From: Dudresnaya verticillata
Taxonomy: Eukaryota
Length of the DNA stretch: 64,000 nt
NCBI GenBank assembly: GCA_977862235.1
Contig: OZ374558.1
Span: 1,612,001 to 1,676,000 of the forward strand
Direction: 5' to 3'
The notes under the pieces are model-generated. The model was not told where the DNA came from, searched no databases, and was given only the letters and a program-made list of their open reading frames with translations. The position numbers and the translations under genes were made by a program. How positions within the stretch are numbered: the stretch's first letter is position 1; every line of letters begins with the position of its first letter. Positions 44,722 through 56,988 of this stretch are shown one piece after another.

Positions 44722-46897
44722 TTAGCCGCGCTGCGCGTCGTCGACGTTTGGCGGCAGCTGCGTACGTTTTCGACGGTGGTATCGTGTGACGTGGGAGCGC
44801 GGCAAACTGGAGACTGGCTCCCAGGTGTTCGCTGAAGCGGGGTATCCGAACCACTTGACGTGGTAGAGGATCTCCTCATCATCCGCGTACGCGTGCGACT
44901 CGATGCGTTCAATCACGTATTCTTTCCCGCTCACAGCGTTCGGCTTGGACGTGGGTCTTTCCAGCGCCTTTGGCGGTTCGTCTCGTTGCGTGATGGGCGT
45001 CTGTTCCGGTTCGGCGAAGCGTACTCGACGAGGTGATCGCCGAAGGCGTTGGCCTTGGGCCTTGGACGCTCGATCAGCGGTAAGTGGATTGTTGCGTCGT
45101 GAGACGAGTCCATCGCTTGCAGCGCCTTGCTTCGTGCTTGCACGGTTAACGTCTTCGTTATCGGACGCGCTTTCAGCGGAGTCATTTTTCTCATTCGGCG
45201 GTGCCGTAGCGACGTGTTCCAAACGGGTGCGGACCCCTGGGGTATTGTCGTCGTTGGAGACGGATTGCGAAGCGCGGTCGTCGGGATCGGCGGCGAAGGA
45301 CGAAAGCTCTGCCAACCCACGACTGCGTGACGCTATGATCGTACGCTCTTGCGGATCTGCCGCAGTATGCGAAGTGTCTGCGTCCTCTTCCGGGTCCGGT
45401 GGTGGTGTGCTTGGGGTAGTCGTCCCTTCCTCGTGTGACGTGGGGGTGACTGCTCCCTGCTCCTCAGGCGGGCCTGGTGGTACGACGATTGGAGGGGCCG
45501 TCTGACCCGGTGGGGTCGGCGCCCAGACCACGCGGTCTCGGGACAAACGTTCCCGCTCATCACGTCCCTTGTCGACGGTTACCGTCTCGTTATCAACGTG
45601 AGTTACCCGGTATGGTCCATCCGCCACTGGCGCCAGCTTATGCTTACGCTCTGCGCGATCCGTGCTCCCGCCTCGGGCGAAGTATTCCTTACGTACGAAT
45701 ACGAAGTCGCCTACGGCGATTGCTTCCTTCGATTTCCTTAATCGGGTGAAGTTTCGTTTGTAACGTGCTTTCGTTTTCTCTAACGACGCTTTAGCGGTCC
45801 CCATCAGTGCGGCCAGCCAGGTTCGCCACTTGGTGTAGTATTGCCCCGCGGTGGGTACGCTTTGGAGCGACGGTTCCGCTTCGAGCGACAATGGTCGTGG
45901 TGGCTTCGACAGCACCAATTCAAACGGAGAGAGATGCGTAGACGAATGCAACTGTGTGTTGTATGCGAACGTCAAGGCATCCGTGAACAGGTCCCAGTCT
46001 CTCGGATGATCCGCAACGTAGTGACGCAGCGAGGCCAGGATAGTTCGATTGAATCGTTCTACCTGGCCATTGCATTGCGGATGGTACGTCGTGGTGAAGA
46101 GATTCTCCACTCCCAAAAGACGGCAGATATCCTGAAACAGCTTAGCCACAAACTGTGGTCCGTTTTCGGACAAAAGGTTCTTGGGAGGACCGTACACGAA
46201 GACCCAATGTCGTACAAACGCCTTAGCGATTTCCAATGCCTTAATACCACGCAGTGGGACCGTCCGGACCAGCTTCGAGAAGCGGTCCACAATGACGAGT
46301 AGGAACTTGTTTCCTCAGCTTCGTGCGTATGAGTTCGCCCAGGATGTCGATCGATACAAATTCGAGAGGCTCGGTTGCCGGGAACAACTTCAATTGCTTG
46401 GTGTTCTTTCGTAGCGATACGCGATTCTTAGCGCAAGTTACGCAGTTGCGGACGGTCGCATAACAGTCCACTGGCATCGATGGCCAATAGTATTCGCGTC
46501 GAAGCGTATGATACAACTTACGCCCCCCTGGGTGCCCTGCCAACTTGGCGTTGTGCCGGAGGTGGAGTAAGCGAGCGCGTAACGCGGAGGGTACGACCAC
46601 TTGCGGACGGACTTCCACTGTTCGGACCAACAGGCCCTGTTCATCCGTTGCGAACGGTAAGATGATTCCGTCATCCAGACGTTTCTTGATATCGTTACAG
46701 GATTTGTCATCGCCTTGGGCGTGTACCAACTCCTCATGCGTCACTTGACGAAGGAGTACCTCATCCGTATGTTGTTGATCAACACTTGGTCGAACTCTTC
46801 GAACTCTCGTTCGGCGAAGTCGACCTCGCCTTCGGCGTCTGAAAGATCGTCCTGTGACGTTTGATGGCCGTCTTCGACGTAGCTTCCGTGATAGCAC
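44722..46897 (-). pseudogene. G2 integrase with GPY/F motif and C-terminal chromodomain (frameshifted)
   Basis: H..AGHPG..CVTC, SIDILG, PQCNGQVERFNRT, KLAPVADGPYRV, EYVIERIESH..YHVKWFGY..NTWEP. Confidence 0.93.
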
Positions 46898-48458
46898 GGT
46901 ATATCATCGTCAATGGGCTCGACGGTTTCTCCCTTCGTCTGTAGACGCGAAAGGGCATCTGCCTGGGTATTGAGGTACCCCTTTTTGTACTTCACGACAA
47001 AGTCGAACTCGGAAAGGCGACGGCGCCACCGCATTAACCGTCCAGAGGGGTCGCTGATTTCCATCAGCCACCTCAACGACGAATGGTCCGTATGGACTGT
47101 GAACGACTCCATCTGGAGGTAAGGTCGCAGCGTCATGACGGACCATACTACTGCGAGGCACTCCTTTTCGGAGACCGAGTAGTTACGCTCTGGAGCGGTG
47201 ATCGAGCGGGACCAGAAGCCGAGGGGCTTACGTTCCCCGTCGGGCTGCGTCTGAAAGAGAGCGCAGCCGACCTGATACTCGCTTGCGTCACAATCGACAG
47301 AATAGGGGAGACCCTGCTGTGGTAGCGCCAGTATAGGCGGATGAGTCACGGCCTCGACGAGCGTGCTGAACGCTTTGGCTTGTGTCTCATCAAACGGTTG
47401 TAACCGGAAGTCCTGTTCCTTCCTCAGCAACTTGTTGAGGGGGGCAGCGACATGCGCGTATCGCGAGACGAACCGTCTGTAGACGTTACAAAGACCGAGG
47501 AAGCTCCGTAGCTCCTTCTGATCCCGTGGATGCTTGGCTTCGCGTAGCGCGGCAGTGACAGTTCGGTCAACTTCTAACCGTCCTGGACGTATGACGTGTC
47601 CTACGTAGTTGACGGTCGGGGTGAAGAAGTCACACTTGGTCAACTTCGGAGTCACCCCGGCGCGGTGCAATGTCGAAAGGATCTCTTCAACATGACGGAA
47701 GTGACTGTCGATGTCGCTGGAGAAGATTATTACGTCATCGAGGTAGACGAGGCACGAACGCCACTTGTAACCAGCGAGCAGTATGTCCAACGTTCGTTGA
47801 AACGTAGCGGGTGCGTTCGTGAGACCGAATGGCATACGCTTATAGCGGAACAGTCCGGCGTGGCACGTGAACGCAGTCTTATCGCGGTCTCGCGGATTGA
47901 TCGGCACTTGCCAGTACCCACTGTTACAGTCTAGGGTGGTGAAAACGTTTGCTTCCCCTAGACTGTCGATGCATTCGTCGATACGCGGCAGCGGGTACGT
48001 GTCCCGTATGGTTACTGCGTTTAAACGACGGTAGTCCACGCAAAAGCGGAGGGTCCCGTCCTTCTTGGGGGCGAAGACCACTGGTGACGCCCACGGCGAT
48101 TGTGCGGGTTGGATAACCCCTTGACGCAGCATGCGGTCCACTTCCGATTGAGCGAGTTGTCTTTGCTTCGGGTCCGCTCGGTAGGGCGGGGACGATATCG
48201 GTCTAGAGCCGGGAATCAAGTCGATGTAGTGCTCCGTGGTTGAGATTTCTCTCAGCAAACCGTCCCACATAGACGAATACTTGCGCAACATCTCCTTAAG
48301 CCGGCCTTGATGCTCGGCGGGGAGATGTCCCAGGTCTAAATCGTCTACTGACGGAGGTTTGGCAGTGGTTGCCTCGATAGACTTCGTAAAAATATCCGGC
48401 TGTGCCGCAGTGTTATCATTCGTTTGAAAACGGAAATCTTGGCTTGCCTTCTCTTCCT
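46741..48458 (-). pseudogene. pol: G2 reverse transcriptase and RNase H
   Basis: WASPVVFAPKKDGTLRFCVDYRRLN, YLDD, DCDAS, ERNYSVSEKECLAVV, TDHSSL, ADALSR. Confidence 0.95.
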
Positions 48459-49450
48459 TGAAAAGGAATATGGAGAGGTTGGAGTTGAACAAGATGAGAA
48501 ATGGAAGTCGCTTGACTTCGTTTACTGCAGTCGACCATCCGACAAGGCTTATATCAGCTTTTCGGATGCGTTGCTGCGTGAACACAAACAAAACAAATCA
48601 TTAAAGATACGCCCAAAATCCCTACCGTCAAATGGGCGGGAAAAAGTAAAGCAATCAAATCTACCAAATCATACTCTCAGCACACTCACATCCGCCACCG
48701 AAATGGGTGGGAACTTGCACACCAGTGTTGCTAACTGCTGACATCACCAATCCCTCTTGCGACCGCATTTCCTGCCATCCATATGTACTCCGACTTTGGG
48801 CGGGAACTCGAAAGTATCGAGTGTCCCCGCATGGCTGCTGTCGGACAACACTGCACACCACGTGGCCGCACTTACGAGCTGAAGTCCGTCCATGAATATC
48901 CAACTTGGATCACTGACCACGTAATCACCCAGATTTGCCTACGTGGCAGCTGTAAACCAACGTGTCGGCCGTACGACAGCTACGTGCCAACTGTAAACCA
49001 ACGTGTCGGCCGCACGACAACTGCATCTGCTGATATCACAAGCCAGGCTCCACGTAGCGCAGGTCCCTGCAGTACCAACAAAGACGCCATCAGCACATTG
49101 CATGGCACGTTCATATGTACTTGTGGAGTACAATGCGCGTCATACCAGTACCATTCCATGCCATACCACGTGCATCCATGTGGTCCAATCAGATCGTTCC
49201 ACTTGGCCGTTCCTGTTATAACCGCCAATTCCAGCACAACACTTGCAAGTCATATAGACCATGGAGGCGGTTTGTAACAACCAATCAGAAGCCCGTTTCA
49301 CGTTGCTTTTGCAAAAGGCCTAAATGCACCGTGATTTTGGAAGCCCGGAAAAAGGGCTGTCGTCTCCGGAAGGTTTGGTGACAGCGTGCCAGGGTGACAT
49401 CTGGGGTACCTGACCCGTGACGTGAGGCGCCAGCGACCATGTCCTCAACA
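48459..49450 (-). mobile_element. Copia solo LTR 2 (992 bp, two repeats) in G2 pol
   Basis: TSD TTCCT on both sides. Confidence 0.96.
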
Positions 49451-50437
49451 TTCCTCGGCTTGTTCCTCTGTGAGGCCCAAAACATCGGCTAGACTTACGC
49501 GACTGGGGAACACTGCTGTCGGATGTGGTAACGCCGTCGCGACGACTTGGCCCTTGGCCAGCGCCTGCGGGCGGGTAGAGAAGTTGGCAACCAGAATGCG
49601 AAAATCTTTTAGCGGCTCCACCTGAGCAATCCCGTTCGTAACGGCCAGACCTTGTTTGTCGTATAGCGTTCCGAACGGTTGAATTGTGATGATGTCGGCG
49701 CGCTCGGTGGTCACCGATACCCATTGCTGCGCCTTAGGCGGGATGATCGCGCGCTCGGCGACTCGGATCCTGGGTGACGTCCTCCCTTCGGCCTTGCCGT
49801 ATTCCTGTTCCGTTGGTACCGGAGGGTACGACGGGGGTCGGCGCAGCGGGCGGCGCGTTATAGGAATGCGAGTCCCGTCATCCAATTCGACCTCGCGACT
49901 CCGCGGACATATTGCCTCGGCGAAGCGGTCGCAAAAGTCGCAGCCGAGTATAACCGGCGCAGCGAGTCGTTCGCAAACGATCAGTTCCAACTTGACGACT
50001 CTTCGTCCTAGACGAACGACCAGGTCGATGGTGCCTCTTGTCTGGATCGCCTTATTGTTTGCGTCGGCTATGACGGGGAGGCTCTTTGCCACGATGCGCG
50101 ATCTCGCTTCCAGCGGAATTTCGTCGATGCGAATGAAATTCGGACCAGCCCCCGTGTCGAGGACAGTGAGTTTACGTGCCAAGGTACTAACGGTTGCGCC
50201 CAAATCGGCGTACACCTTATAGTTCCTCTTGGCCATTACGAACAACTGCCCTCGCGTTTGGGGGGGCTGGTACCTTCGCCATGGGCGTTTTAATGACGTC
50301 TGTGACGACTCTATCCGCCCATTGGCGTCTTTGGTAACTAACTTCGGGCCCTCCTTCCGTGTCAGCACCTGAGGCCTGGGCCTCTCGTCGTGGTGCGACA
50401 CCCCAGTGTCAGGAGTTGGTGCCCGAGTTAGTTTTTC
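49451..50437 (-). pseudogene. G2 protease and PR-RT spacer domain
   Basis: VLDTGAGPNFI ... ILGCDF. Confidence 0.9.
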
Positions 50438-53400
50438 GCCTGCGGCGGTGGTTGTGGCGCTACATAGCGGTTGATCATCGTCGGATGACGTTCTGCCGCG
50501 TGCGGCATGGGTCCGCCTCGTGGCGATTGTGGTCGTGCAGCACGGCGAGCAGCGTCGCGGGTCGCGCGTTCCTTGCAACGTACATACGCATCAGCGGGGA
50601 CACCAGCCTTCTCGGCTTCGGTTAGTCCTTCATAGTTGGTAATAACCTTTTTGAAGTCGCTCATGCGGAGGAAGCAGTCCGGCGCGATGTGTCCGCGGGC
50701 GTAGCATTGGTGGCATACCAGCTGCCGACGTGCGTCTTGACGGGGCGGGCCTCTGTCCTGCCATCCGGGCCTTGCTCGGTGAACGTGAGGAGCATACTCG
50801 GAATAGGGGACGCGTGGCGCGGGTACGACCGAGCGCCCAAAGGCGAGCGCAGGGTCCATATCCCTTTCGTCTTCGTCATCGACGTAGCTGTCCGTCAGTA
50901 GAGCCGAGGTGGGCACCGACGCTTGCTCGTCGGCCAAGTACAGATCGCCTTCGGCGTGTGTTTCCATGTCATCGACAGGGCGAATAGCGTCTCGAAACTC
51001 GACGGAGGACTCCGCTATCATAGCGCGCGCTCCAGGCTTGGTGCCTCTCGTCTGTGGACGCAGTACCCCTCGGGCATCGCCGATGGCGGATCGCGGTGTG
51101 CGTACGGCTTGAGACGGTGTCAGTAGGTCACGTCGGGCTGACGCGGAACCGGCCCTGCCGTGTCGTGCGCGGTTGGCATCCCCTTCGTCTTGTGCGAAGT
51201 GGACCAGCCGCTCAAATGACAACTCCGCCCTTGGCGTTTCTTCTCGGAAGCGAGCGACCAGGGACCTGATCGACGGGTCTAACCCGTCGATGTACAGCGT
51301 CATCTTTTCCCAATCGGGATATACGTTACCGCAACGAATACACGCACCGGCTAGCCGCATCCCATAGGTCGTCTCGTCCTCGCCTTGCTTTTGGGCAGTC
51401 GACCGTAGGGCGAGGACAGCGTCCCTGATCGCCGCTGGCGTAGCATACGTACGGAGGAGGTACTGTACCGCCTCCGGATACGAAAACACCCCGCCGCGAT
51501 GGCGAGAAGACGTCGACTTGACGGAGCGGAATTTCGTGGCTGCCGTACCTCGCAAGAAGTACGGCAGCGCGACGAACTGAAAAGGAATATGGAGAGGTTG
51601 AAGTTGAACAAGATGAGAAATGGAAGTCGCTTGACTTCGTTTACTGCAGTCGACAATCCGACATGGCTTATATCAGCTTTTCGGATGAGTTGCTGCGTGA
51701 ACACAAACAAAACAAATCATTAAAGAAACGCCCAAAATCCCTATTATCAAATGGGCGGGAAAAAGTAAAGCAATTAAATCTACCAAATCATACTCTCAGC
51801 ACACTCACATCCGCCACCAAAATGGGCGGGAACTTGCACACCAGTGTTGCTAACTGCTGACATCAGCAATCCCTCTTGCGACCGCATTTCCTGCCATCCA
51901 TATGTACTCCAACTTTGGGCGGGAACGTGAAAGTATCGAGTGTCCCCGCATGGCTGCTGTCGGACAACGCCGCACACCACGTGGCCGCACTTACCAGCTC
52001 AAGTCCGTCCATGAATATCCAACTTGGATCATTGACCATGTACTCACCCAGACTTGCCTACGTGGCAGCTGTAAACCAACGTGTCGGCCGCACGACAGCT
52101 ACGTGGCAACTGTAAACCAACGTGTCGGCCGCACGACACCTACGTGGCAACTGTAAACCAACGTGTCGGCCGCACGACAGCTACGTGCCAACTGTAAACC
52201 AACGTGTCGGCCGCACAACAACTGCATCTGCTGATATCACAAGTCAGGCTCCACGTAGCGCAAGTCCCTGCAGTACCAACTCAGACGCCATCAGCACATT
52301 GCATGGCACGTTCATGTGTACTTGTGGAGTACAGTGCGCGTCATACCAGTACCATTCCATGCCATACCACGTGCATCCATGTGGTCCAATCAGATCGTTC
52401 CACTTGGCCGTTCCTGTTATAACCGCCAATTCCAGCACAACACTTGTAACCCATATAGACCATGGAGGCGGTTTGTAACAACCAATCAGAAGCCCGTTTC
52501 ACGTTGCTTTTGCAAAAGGCCTAAATGCGCCGTGATTTTGGAAGCCCGGAAAAAGGGCTGTCGTCTCCGGAAGGTTTGGTGACAGCGTGCCAGGGTGCCA
52601 TCTGGGGTACCTGACCCGTGACGTGAGGCGCCAGCGACCATGTCCTCAACACGAACGCTTGGGCTTCGCTCATCTCCAGCGTGGCTGGATCGAAGTCCTT
52701 GTAGGGCGCCGTTCCGATCCTCTTCCAACGTCTGTAGACGACTTGCGATTCCTCCGACACTGTCGTCCAGCAACCCGGCGAATCGAGCGAGCATCGCATC
52801 GTCCTCTAGGACGCACACCTCTCGGATCCGTTCGCGTGGTATCGTTAAGTTACTCACGCGGACGGCCGAGGGTGACGCCGTTGGCGGTTGGCTTTCGCGG
52901 TTTGACCGGTCGGGCGTCCCTTGCGCCCTTTGACTTGGCGACTTCGGCTTAGCCGGCGAACAACCGGCACTGCCGTGGGGAGTGGGGCAACATGCCCCTT
53001 GTGTCAATGGTTCGTCAGCGACGTTGCACTCCGCGGAGCGGCCTTGATCGTCGTTGACGTGGTTGGTTGGTTGATCCGGAAGTTCCGGTTGTCCCTCGAC
53101 GATGTCGGCTTGTGATCCGTCTACGACGTCCTGTTGCTCGGCTTGTACTGTATCAGCTGAGTCAACATAGGAGCGGTAGGTGCGGAGGGCCGATCCCTCG
53201 GGGACTGAGGTGCGGACGACGACGGGGTTGTGGCGCGTCGGCGGGGGAGGTAACTCTCCTCCGTTGAGCGACGCGTGGAAGCCTGCGTGGCCGCGGCCCG
53301 GGGGTAGCGTCGGGAACGCCGACGCGATCTCGGGGCTCACGAGGCGCCCAGACCTCGTTGTCATCCGCTGTAGCGACCGTTCTGACGCGGGTACACTCCC

Positions 53401-53460
53401 AGGCGTCGAAGACGGTCTTCTTGAACTTGGGCCTCGCGACGGCGGCGGTCGTGAGGCCAT
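50428..53460 (-). pseudogene. gag: G2 gag, interrupted by solo LTR 3
   Basis: MSEAQAFV-ALPYFLRGTAA is restored on removing the LTR. QKQGEDETTYGMRL; CHQCYARGHIAPDC knuckle. Confidence 0.87.
51578..52651 (-). mobile_element. Copia solo LTR 3 (1074 bp, four repeats)
   Basis: TSD CGAAC on both sides; nearly identical to the H LTRs. Confidence 0.96.
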
Positions 53461-53567
53461 GATACAATCGTAGAGTTGCTTGAACGTCGTGGACGATTAG
53501 CGACAAACGTCTGAAGACGGAGGGTCGGACGTCGCACGACGGAGTAACTCGTTGAAACGTAGCACAA

Positions 53568-53585
53568 TTCTAGGTCGGGAGACCA
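53568..53585 (-). other. G2 primer binding site (probably tRNA-Tyr)
   Basis: TGGTCTCCCGACCTAGAA, 2 nt after the LTR. The implied tRNA end ..CGGGAG-A-CCA fits eukaryotic Tyr identity (G72, A73). Confidence 0.8.
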
Positions 53586-53587
53586 GG

Positions 53588-54497
53588 TGTGGTGCAAAAC
53601 ATCTGAGACGATAGACCGCCGAGCAGTTCGGGGCTCGGTAGGTAGCTGCGCCCTTGGCGAGAGGTGGTCCCGCCGTGGGCGACTTGTTGGTAGAGCAAAG
53701 GAACACGCCTTGGGCGGACTGTAGACGCCCGAGGCGGAAGGTGTGAAGGAAGGGAAAAGGAAACAGAAAGGGAACACGTCAAGGACGATGATAGACGTGG
53801 AAGCACGGGAGGTAGACGCTTTGCCGTAGGCAGCGGTAGGATACGCGCGTGCGGAACGGGGAGGTCTGGACCAAGGCCGGCTTGCCCGGGCGTTTACTGT
53901 TACGTCTGGGACGGCTTACCTAAGTATAGTACGGCGGTGCGGCGGCGGCGGTGCGTGTGCGTAGTGCGGGAACTCGGGACACGTGTCGTCCCGAGGCGCG
54001 TCTGACAGATCACCGGTTGCATGCAGCCGCGCGCCTGACAGGTTGCCGTGCAACCCCCTGTATGGGTGCTTACACACACACGTGGACGCGTGGGCCTTAC
54101 AGCCGTGCGTGCGCGCGCACTGTAGAGCGTGCGCCCTGGATCTAATCCGATATTTGTCCGATCCCGATCCCATCCGGATCGGACCAGCAATGCGAATACC
54201 CGCAGCCTTACAGGCGCGTATCTTACAGCTTAGGCGATCCGGATAGCCAATCTGGATACCGGATCCGAATCCCATCTGGATCCGTATTACAGTGCCCCGG
54301 GGCGCCACGTCGGGCTATCACCGTACAGTGCCCGTGCGGCGCGCGGCGCGCAATGTGCGCGCGCGCCCCAGTGAGCCGTCGATGACGTGTTCGCGCGCCA
54401 ACGGCGGTGGTGAGCGCCGGTGGCGGGTTCTCCGTCGGTCGACGTATTTGGTCGACCCGCTTTCAGCGAAAAAGGGCTCGCCTCCCCTTTCACCACA
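53588..54497 (-). repeat. 5' LTR of G2 (910 bp)
   Basis: Homologous to 24822-25730 and adjacent to the PBS. Confidence 0.93.
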
Positions 54498-56970
54498 GTC
54501 CCTATCCCACTGTGTCGGCTTGTGTCTCTGATTTTGTGAGAGAGTTCTCGAGGCTCTCGTCCGCTGTTGTCTTGGTCCGTGAGCTTGCTGAGAGGTTGAG
54601 TGTTGTGCGTGGTGACTCTCGTTAAGTCAGGACCTCGTTGGCCTAGGGGAGCAGCCTCCAGTAAGATCCAGAACCTTGACACGGTTGGGCCTAGTTCCAT
54701 TCCTGCAAGAGACTGGACCTGTTCGTGTGGTGAACACTCGTTTTGAGTTAGTACCCATAAGGTGGACGTCTCGTAAGGATTGCATACTTCGTGTCTGTGT
54801 GCGCACGACACGAAAGGGCTGCTGAAAGACGCATTTCACCCGGAGAATCATATCCGGGGGCCAAGAGTCCGACTCCTAGGGGTGACTAGGTAGAACCTGG
54901 TGCCAGAACATCCCGCGTCAAAAAGACGTTCAACTATCAAGAATCAACTTTTCAACTTCAAATTTCAACTTTTCTTCTTCAGTCCAGGTGATCCCATCAT
55001 CACCTGAGAGTTTCATTACTCCGAGCGTGGGAGCTACTTGGCAAAGTGTGCTCCGCTTGTGACTGTATTATATTACCGACGTGTTCGACACATTTCTCAG
55101 TTTCGTCGTCACGTCTTCGTTTTGTGAGCTGCACTGCTCTGCTTAACACGACTATTACCCTCTGGGCATCGACACTGTTGCACTAACAGCACTGCCCCAA
55201 GTTCACCAAGTTTTCTAAAACTATTCAAGTTATCTCTTCTCACCATCAGTCCCAACAGCTATGACTGATACCGAAGCCGAGATGGATACTTCGAGCGGGG
55301 TCAAGATACCCCGTTTCCACGGCAGGAGAGGTGAAGACTACAGTCTCTGGCGTCATCGCCTTCGTGCCGCATGCCGCATCAAAGGGGTTTGGAATGTTGT
55401 CCACACCTCAAACGACACACCGAGCAGCTCACAGTCAACTGGAGAGCCCTCAGCGGATACTTCCATTCTTCACGCCAGAACCTTGGCCAAACGTGAGAAG
55501 GCTTGCGGGATCATTATCTCCGCACTTGGTGATGCTCCGCTTCGTGTCGTTATGGAGGTTGATGATGACCCGAAACGCATGCTGGAGCTATTGGACTCGC
55601 GCTATGCGTCCAGTCGAACCGTATCCCGTATCGGCGTACAGACCAAGCTATTCCGTATGACGTACACCGGTCAGAATATGTCCAACTATGTCGACCAGTA
55701 CACGTCACTGTTCGCCCAACTCGACCGCATGGGCAACGACTCGGCGATACCGGAGACACATAAGGCACCTATGCTGCTTGCTTCCATTGATCCGTCCTGT
55801 TACCTGGAGTCAACAGCTGCAGCTCTTCGCACCAAAGATGCTGCTGAGCTGACTTGGGACTACGTCGCAACCACGCTGATCGATGAGTACAACGCCAAAG
55901 ATTCTCATGGATCAAACGCAGGTGGGAGATCCAGTAAGTCGAAGAGTCGTCGGAAGAGGAAAAAGAAGTCCGCGTCGTCAGGTTCTCGCCAGCAACACAA
56001 CACGCTGGATGACAACGACGACTCCGATGACTCTTCTGATATTGAATCCACCGTCCGTGCGTTGGCCGTTGCACTCAAGTCCGCCAAGCAGGCTCACTCC
56101 ACCCCGAACCGGCACCTTCACTGTGATGTTTGCGACAAGGATGGATACACCGCGGATCGATGCTATCTCAATCCGGAAAATCCTAACAACAAGCTTCCTC
56201 CAAAGGTGCGACAGATGTTCACCAACCAGGGCAAAAAGGGCAACGCCAACTCGGCGGTAGCTGCATCTGGTAAGAATAATGGTAAATCTGCAAAGGTAGA
56301 ATTCGCCGGTGCATCGGTTGAGATGACTACTGTTGTTCCTCCGAACGACCAAGGAACGTATGCCGACAGTGGGGCAACTGTGCATTTCTTCCACTCAATG
56401 ACTTCTTTTGTACCGAGCTCAGTATCGCGCTGCGAAAAGCGTATTGTAGTGGTTGCGGACAAGTCGTCTGTAACCTCAGACCTATGTGGAGATGTGATTC
56501 TGCCGTTTGAGCATGCCAATATTCGGCTCAAGAAGGCCCTCTTCATCCCGCAGATGGGATACAATCTTGTCTCTACTGGGCGTTTGGCAGATAAAGGAAT
56601 TGAATCCCACTTTCGCCGCTTGGACGTGCGCTTGGTACTCGACTCTGATGGGTACTATATTGGATCCGGTGTTCGCGATGCGAGTTCTGGAATGTACATG
56701 CTACCAGAACCCGAGCCGCACACTTTGGAGGAGCAAGTACTGGCTGTCCCCAGCACGCAGCAAACTACTGAGCTCTGGCATCGACGTCTTGCCCACATTA
56801 ATTTTCGGGACTTGGCCAAAGTGCACGAGCATGTTGAGGGTGTTCCGGAGTTGGGCTCCACTCATGAAGTGTGTCGGGCTTGTAGACTTGGGAAAGCACA
56901 CAAACAATCATTCCCAGGGCACTTCCGCCCGGCCAAAGCTGTCGGTGATCTCGTGCATTCCGACATTGTT
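54498..56970 (+). mobile_element. Copia copy I, truncated at both ends
   Basis: Begins inside the 5' UTR at the G2 LTR edge and ends after VHSDIV, fused to gypsy DNA. Confidence 0.93.
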
Positions 56971-56988
56971 ACTGTTCTTACTCACTAA
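55261..56988 (+). pseudogene. gag-pol: Truncated copia gag-PR-IN(N-term)
   Basis: 575-aa ORF with knuckle H>Y substitution (DGYTADRC); last residues come from G3. Confidence 0.9.

Larger units (their letters stand above)
24822..54497 (-). mobile_element. Chromodomain-bearing Ty3/gypsy G2, about 12.8 kb after removing four copia insertions; no TSD
   Basis: LTR pair with TGTGGTG..CACCACA ends, PBS, gag, PR-RT-RH-IN-chromodomain, long 3' region, PPT. Confidence 0.92.

Noticed and set aside
46741..48591. 616-aa ORF as an intact RT gene
   Set aside because: The N-terminus comes from solo LTR 2 with a non-ATG start. The underlying pol is interrupted and frameshifted.
53561..53585. tRNA-like 3' end on the + strand
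   Set aside because: Only about 18 nt. It is the complement of the G2 PBS, not a tRNA gene.
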